A stretch of DNA of 64,000 nt, from IMG/VR virus record IMGVR_UViG_3300018411_000016. One strand, given 5' to 3'. Both the position numbers and the translations under genes were made by a program. The stretch comes from an uncultured virus (IMG/VR IMGVR_UViG_3300018411_000016) (Duplodnaviria > Heunggongvirae > Uroviricota > Caudoviricetes). The first letter of the stretch is position 1. Each line of letters begins with the position of its first letter. Shown one piece after another: positions 59,664 through 64,000 of the stretch. A model generated the notes under the pieces. The model ran no database searches, was not told where the DNA came from, and saw only the letters and a list, made by a program, of their open reading frames with translations.

Positions 59664-59894
59664 ATGATAAGGAATAACGTATATTATCAACAAAATCAGA
59701 TGCAGCAACAAAGAAATATGAATGTCCAACAAAAGACAAAAACCCCAAAGAAAAAACAAATCAGACTTTCTATATCTTTTAAAGACAATGAAATTTGGTT
59801 ATATGATGAATTAAAGAAATACTCATGCCCTTCAGCACATGTAAAAGATATATTGTCAGAACATTTCTCTAATAAAAGTGAAAAGGAGTGTTGA
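59664..59894 (+). CDS. small RHH-like protein
   Basis: RLSISFK..E..LY..L..YS.PSA.VKD.L. Confidence 0.6.
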   Translation: MIRNNVYYQQNQMQQQRNMNVQQKTKTPKKKQIRLSISFKDNEIWLYDELKKYSCPSAHVKDILSEHFSNKSEKEC

Positions 59895-59897
59895 TAT

Positions 59898-61142
59898 ATG
59901 TTATTTGAGCAGAAAAGCAAAGATAATAGTATTAGTTTGCTTGACACTGGACTTACTGCAATTGCTGGAGGAATTGCGGCGGCAACATTGTATCCACCCT
60001 ATGCTGTTTATGGGTTTGGAATTATGGGAATAGGAGCATTTAGTATCACTTATTATGTTAAAACTTGGAGTAAATTTGATAGGATATTTAAAAATCTTAA
60101 AATGGGCGTTGGGGTGTCTTATCCAATATTAAAAGAGAAAAAGAAAACGGATATTAGTACTATTTACTGTTTTACACTACCATGCGGATTAAGTGTAAAG
60201 GCTTTTGACAATAATAAAACCGCCATAGAGCAGTATTTGGGCAGAGAAATAGAAATTAAATACACCTATAAAGAAATTGAAATTGAAGTATTCGAGAAAT
60301 CCTCCTCAACTGCTATAGTAAATTATATTTCAACTAAAATTAAAGGAAATGTCCCAATAATGATTGGGTATGACCGTAGGGGTGAATTAATTACATCGGA
60401 TTTGTCTGACGGTGAACCACATATGATTATTGCAGGTGAAACTGGTTCGGGTAAATCTGTTTCCCTTAGAAGTATTATAACTAATTTAATTTTAAACAGT
60501 AATTGCAAGCTACATTTAATCGACTTGAAACGTGGTGCTGAATTTTCTGTATTTGCTAAAAGCAGTAGAGTAGAAACATTTGCAAGAACTCGAAGTGAAG
60601 CTGAAAAGGTTTTAATTGAGATTAAATCAGAAATAGAGCGTAGATATGATTTGTTTTTTGATAATGATGTGGCAGATATAAAGGAGTATAATATAAAGCA
60701 TAAATTTAAAAAGTTAGACTATCAGGTTGTTGTAATTGATGAATTTGCAGATTTACATGGTGAAAAAACTACAATTGAAATACTAGAAAGCGTAGCTGCA
60801 CTCGCTAGAGCCTGTGGAATACATTTGGTTTTAGCGACACAAAGACCAGACCATAAGATTTTAAACGGACGTATCAAGGCAAATGTAGCAACCGTGTTAG
60901 GACTAAAAACTATGTCAGAAGTTAATAGTCGTATAATCATCGACCATGCTGGACTTGAACATTTAAGAGGAAAAGGTCATGGAATATTCAAGCGTGGTAA
61001 GGAAACGGAAATGCAATCCCCTTATTTATCTGTTGAGGATTGCAGAAATTTAATAAAGCATACCTATATTGATAAACACAAAGAGATACCTAAAGAAACG
61101 CAAGATATTGATTTTGACAGCTTAAAGGAGTTGTTTAAATGA
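59898..61142 (+). CDS. FtsK/SpoIIIE-family ATPase with N-terminal TM segments
   Basis: PHMIIAGETGSGKS, IDLK, VIDEF, LATQRP. Confidence 0.92.
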   Translation: MLFEQKSKDNSISLLDTGLTAIAGGIAAATLYPPYAVYGFGIMGIGAFSITYYVKTWSKFDRIFKNLKMGVGVSYPILKEKKKTDISTIYCFTLPCGLSVKAFDNNKTAIEQYLGREIEIKYTYKEIEIEVFEKSSSTAIVNYISTKIKGNVPIMIGYDRRGELITSDLSDGEPHMIIAGETGSGKSVSLRSIITNLILNSNCKLHLIDLKRGAEFSVFAKSSRVETFARTRSEAEKVLIEIKSEIERRYDLFFDNDVADIKEYNIKHKFKKLDYQVVVIDEFADLHGEKTTIEILESVAALARACGIHLVLATQRPDHKILNGRIKANVATVLGLKTMSEVNSRIIIDHAGLEHLRGKGHGIFKRGKETEMQSPYLSVEDCRNLIKHTYIDKHKEIPKETQDIDFDSLKELFK

Positions 61143-61684
61143 TAACCAAACGTGATTTTGAGGTAATTGAGTTTATCAGAACATATAAGGTTGCTACTAC
61201 TGACACTTTGTATTATTTCTTTTATCCAAGCATAAGAGTTGCACAAAATAGACTAAAGGTTTTAGCAGATAAAAAGTTATTGAACCGTTCCAGAGCCACA
61301 ATTAACAACCAATACGTCTATTCCATCAAAAAAATAAACCAACTAAGACATTCCTTATTGGTAACTGATTTCTATAGGGAACTGTCCAAGGTGTCCGAAG
61401 TTGCATTTTTCACAATTGAGCCACAAATTGCACATTTCCGTCCAGATGCGATTTTCGGGTATACTGTCAACGGGAAAGACTTTATCGGATTGTTAGAAGT
61501 TGAAATTTCCCATAAAGGATTCGATTATTTCAAATATTCTGACAGTAATATTGTTTCTTCTTTACCTGCTAAACCTAAATTATTTATAGTTGGCGATAAA
61601 ATTAATTTGACCAACAAAAAGATAGATTTTGATTTTGCCATTATAAATACTGATTTTAAAGGTATGCGTTTGGCTATTCGTTAA
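61139..61684 (+). CDS. replication-relaxation (Replic_Relax) family protein
   Basis: TKRD.EV, wHTH, H.L.V.DF, RPDA, LLEVE; coupled to FtsK gene. Confidence 0.75.
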   Translation: MITKRDFEVIEFIRTYKVATTDTLYYFFYPSIRVAQNRLKVLADKKLLNRSRATINNQYVYSIKKINQLRHSLLVTDFYRELSKVSEVAFFTIEPQIAHFRPDAIFGYTVNGKDFIGLLEVEISHKGFDYFKYSDSNIVSSLPAKPKLFIVGDKINLTNKKIDFDFAIINTDFKGMRLAIR

Positions 61685-61793
61685 GGTGTTCGTTTGGTAT
61701 ACGTTTCGTCTGTACGTCCATATCCTTAAACCTGCCTATTTTGGTGGGTTTATTTTTATTTTTAAATCCTTTATTTCCCTTTTTTATTTCTTT

Positions 61794-62273
61794 TTATTTT
61801 TTTAAGTTCAGCTCGTCTGTTTGGTTTGTTCTGTTCAACTGCTTTCCACTGGTTTCAACCTTGAAAGTGCTTGTATGGTGCGGTTTTATCCTTTTTTTGT
61901 TAAATGGATATAGGAAAGCTACTCCATTTGTGTTAGGCGTTATAAGGTCAAGTATTATATGGCTTGTCATTCCCACTATTAATCCAGTGCCTAATGATAT
62001 ATTCAACACTGAAATCGTCAATCCGATAATAGCAATAAAAAGCAAACTGTGCGTGAATGTGCGATGCCCGAACATAGCAAATATCATTGTTGATACAGGC
62101 TGTATCTTCCTGCCGAACTTTGATTTTGGATGGTCAATATCTGGCAGCAGTCCACCAATCCAAGAACCACCAATAAAATATAATAGCTGAAGTTCAATTC
62201 CCATTTGCTTACCAAAATACACAATCCCATAACCTAAAACAACTGCACCAATTACATGAGCCTCACTTGTCAT
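61794..62273 (-). CDS. YdjM-like membrane metal-dependent hydrolase
   Basis: LPDIDH, GHRTFTHS, SHIILD. Confidence 0.9.
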   Translation of the reverse strand: MTSEAHVIGAVVLGYGIVYFGKQMGIELQLLYFIGGSWIGGLLPDIDHPKSKFGRKIQPVSTMIFAMFGHRTFTHSLLFIAIIGLTISVLNISLGTGLIVGMTSHIILDLITPNTNGVAFLYPFNKKRIKPHHTSTFKVETSGKQLNRTNQTDELNLKK

Positions 62274-62373
62274 TTGAACAACCTCCGTATGAATATATCA
62301 ACGCAAGCACATTAATACAAAGTTTGTCCATATAATTAAGTTTTAATACTCTATGTATGTTTAATATCTGAAA

Positions 62374-62937
62374 CTACTTATTTTCTCTGCTATGTAATAA
62401 TTTATATAAAGTTGGTCTTGAAATATTTAGATTTTTCGCTAACTCGCTCTTACTTATTTCACGATTTTTATATCTTTCATATTGCTGATTAAATATATTT
62501 TCATCTATTTTGGACGAGTTTCTACCTTTATATACACCCTTATTTTTTGCAATTGCTATACCCTCTCTTTGACGCTCTAAAAGATTAGTTCTCTCAAACT
62601 CATTAATTGCGGCTATCATAGTAAGCATTAATTTGCCTGTTGGTGTAGTTGTATCTAAATTTTCCTTGTTACTAACTAATCTAACATTTTTATTTTTCAA
62701 TTGTTCAACCAAATCTAATAAATCAATTGTACTTCTTGCTAGTCTTGAAAAATCATGTATAAATATTGCATCACCTTCTCTAGCAAATTCCATCATAAGT
62801 TTAAGCTGTGGTCTATCCATATTCTTTCCACTAATCTTTTCTACGAACCACTTTTCAATATTATGCTTTTTCAAAGCTTCAAGCTGTCTATCTTCACTTT
62901 GTTCTATTGTACTAACTCTCACATAAGCCATGTTCAT
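62374..62937 (-). CDS. serine resolvase/invertase with C-terminal HTH
   Basis: YVRVST, DRPQL, SRLARS, ERQREGI, SRPTLY. Confidence 0.95.
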   Translation of the reverse strand: MNMAYVRVSTIEQSEDRQLEALKKHNIEKWFVEKISGKNMDRPQLKLMMEFAREGDAIFIHDFSRLARSTIDLLDLVEQLKNKNVRLVSNKENLDTTTPTGKLMLTMIAAINEFERTNLLERQREGIAIAKNKGVYKGRNSSKIDENIFNQQYERYKNREISKSELAKNLNISRPTLYKLLHSRENK

Positions 62938-62960
62938 TTTAATCACCTTTTTTAGAATTT

Positions 62961-63079
62961 TGTAAAAGAATGTCTTAGAAGTTATTAACACTCTGTAAAA
63001 TATACCTTATTATAACCCTATTTTTACAACAAATCAATATATCTTAAACTGTAAATTTAAAGTACACCCTATATTTACA
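62961..63079. promoter_or_regulatory. probable three-subsite res site
   Basis: TGTAAA...TTAACA/TTTACA inverted pairs at 62961-62990, 62994-63028, 63050-63079. Confidence 0.65.
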
Positions 63080-63147
63080 AAATTTTGTTGACATTCAGTT
63101 GCTATGGGTTTATAATTATTTTACACAAAAGAATGGGAGATGTTTTT

Positions 63148-63762
63148 ATGAAATTTAAAAAAGGTTTAATGGTATTAGGAATGACAACACTTATGTGTTC
63201 ATCAGTTGTATTTGGTGCAGTAAACCATCAAAGAGTAGAAGCTACCATTGTAACAAATAAAATTATAAAAGATAATCAGCAGGTTTTACAAGGGACAGAG
63301 TTAATAAATTATAATGGCTCTTTGTATGTACCATTAAGAAAATTCGGTGACACTACGGGAATAACAATAAACTATAAAGATGGTGTTGTGTATTTGGGCA
63401 ATAACAATACTATACCAGTCGATAACACAGCTAGTGCAACTAATTTATATAGCAAATATGAAGATGTTTTACCATCTCTAAACAAAAATGGTGGAGCAAC
63501 TAAAGTAAGAGACACTGAATATTATAAAAATCTCCAAGATTATATAGACGAAGCACATAGACTTATCAAGGGGACACTAAAAGACCCAATGAGTGTTGTA
63601 TTCGATTATGATAGAGAAGGGTATCCTGAAATATGGGTATCAGATGGTGTTTTGGTTATATGCGTAGATTATAAAGCCAAAAATAGTTATGGTGGATACG
63701 AAAACGGTTCTAATGTAGTTGTTTTTACGGGACTTGATATTGCTACAGGTGGCATTATCTAA
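63148..63762 (+). CDS. secreted protein with copper-amine-oxidase-N/stalk-like domain
   Basis: signal peptide, YNGSLYVPLR, LKDP.S..KAKNSYGGY. Confidence 0.75.
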   Translation: MKFKKGLMVLGMTTLMCSSVVFGAVNHQRVEATIVTNKIIKDNQQVLQGTELINYNGSLYVPLRKFGDTTGITINYKDGVVYLGNNNTIPVDNTASATNLYSKYEDVLPSLNKNGGATKVRDTEYYKNLQDYIDEAHRLIKGTLKDPMSVVFDYDREGYPEIWVSDGVLVICVDYKAKNSYGGYENGSNVVVFTGLDIATGGII

Positions 63763-63780
63763 TAAAATCAAAAAGTAAAA

Positions 63781-63810
63781 AATAGGACTACAAATTAATG
63801 TAGTCCTTTA
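63781..63810. terminator. bidirectional terminator
   Basis: AGGACTACA-AATTAA-TGTAGTCCT. Confidence 0.8.
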
Positions 63811-63818
63811 ATTTATTC

Positions 63819-64000
63819 TTAAATAACTTTGTAATATTCCATAATAACACTTACAATTCTTTCTGCAATATCAACATCACATCTCTGTAGGATTATTCTC
63901 ATTCTACCTTGAGATATTACAGCTTTACAACATGACGGTTTTTTGATACTGTTCATTAACGCTTCCACAAAAAAAGCTACCAACGTATTTTCTGTAGGTA
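63819..64000 (-). CDS. partial ORF entering from the window edge
   Basis: open frame to TAA at 63819, convergent on the terminator. Confidence 0.4.
   Translation of the reverse strand, partial: PTENTLVAFFVEALMNSIKKPSCCKAVISQGRMRIILQRCDVDIAERIVSVIMEYYKVI

Noticed and set aside
1565..62955. Numerous short antisense or alternate-frame ORFs in the track (e.g. 2620-2802, 27920-28180, 61741-62190, 62633-62926)
   Set aside because: Shadows of longer genes, with no RBS or recognisable motifs.

Overview
This window is about 64 kb of a large, very AT-rich temperate phage or prophage of a clostridial-type Firmicute. It is organised like the non-structural half of SPbeta-family phages; host and family are inferred from gene content and order, not from a database search. 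From left to right it holds: (i) small accessory genes, with a type I hammerhead ribozyme at 446-500; (ii) an orphan MazF, an intact tyrosine recombinase, a DGQHR-like protein and a catalytically dead recombinase-fold protein (SPbeta YopP/YopQ/YopR-like repression module); (iii) a second accessory block with an IS200/IS605 tnpA-RHH-tnpB element, SLOG, MazG-like, macrodomain, ParB-like, J-domain, methylase and GIY-YIG genes; (iv) a replication operon (SSB-like, Sak4-like, DnaB, primase, RecJ, family-B polymerase, intein-containing RecD2, Gp157); (v) methylases, ligase and YopX; (vi) nucleotide metabolism (ThyX-like, guanylate kinase-like, NrdH-NrdD-NrdG-FTR, dUTPase) interrupted by an IscB/omega-RNA element; (vii) ImmR/ImmA-like, FtsK/Replic_Relax and resolvase genes. 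The most striking unexplained signal is non-coding. About 35 copies of an 18-bp inverted repeat, GTAAAA-N6-TTTTAC with a variable spacer, sit at gene boundaries, mostly of accessory genes and often overlapping stop codons; I saw none inside the replication operon. Four copies lie exactly 10 bp from a tandem NrdR-box pair, and four others lie at a constant 38-bp offset from an AAACCCT box. This looks like an integron-like, single-gene cassette recombination system in a phage, which remains a hypothesis. All motif counts were made by eye.
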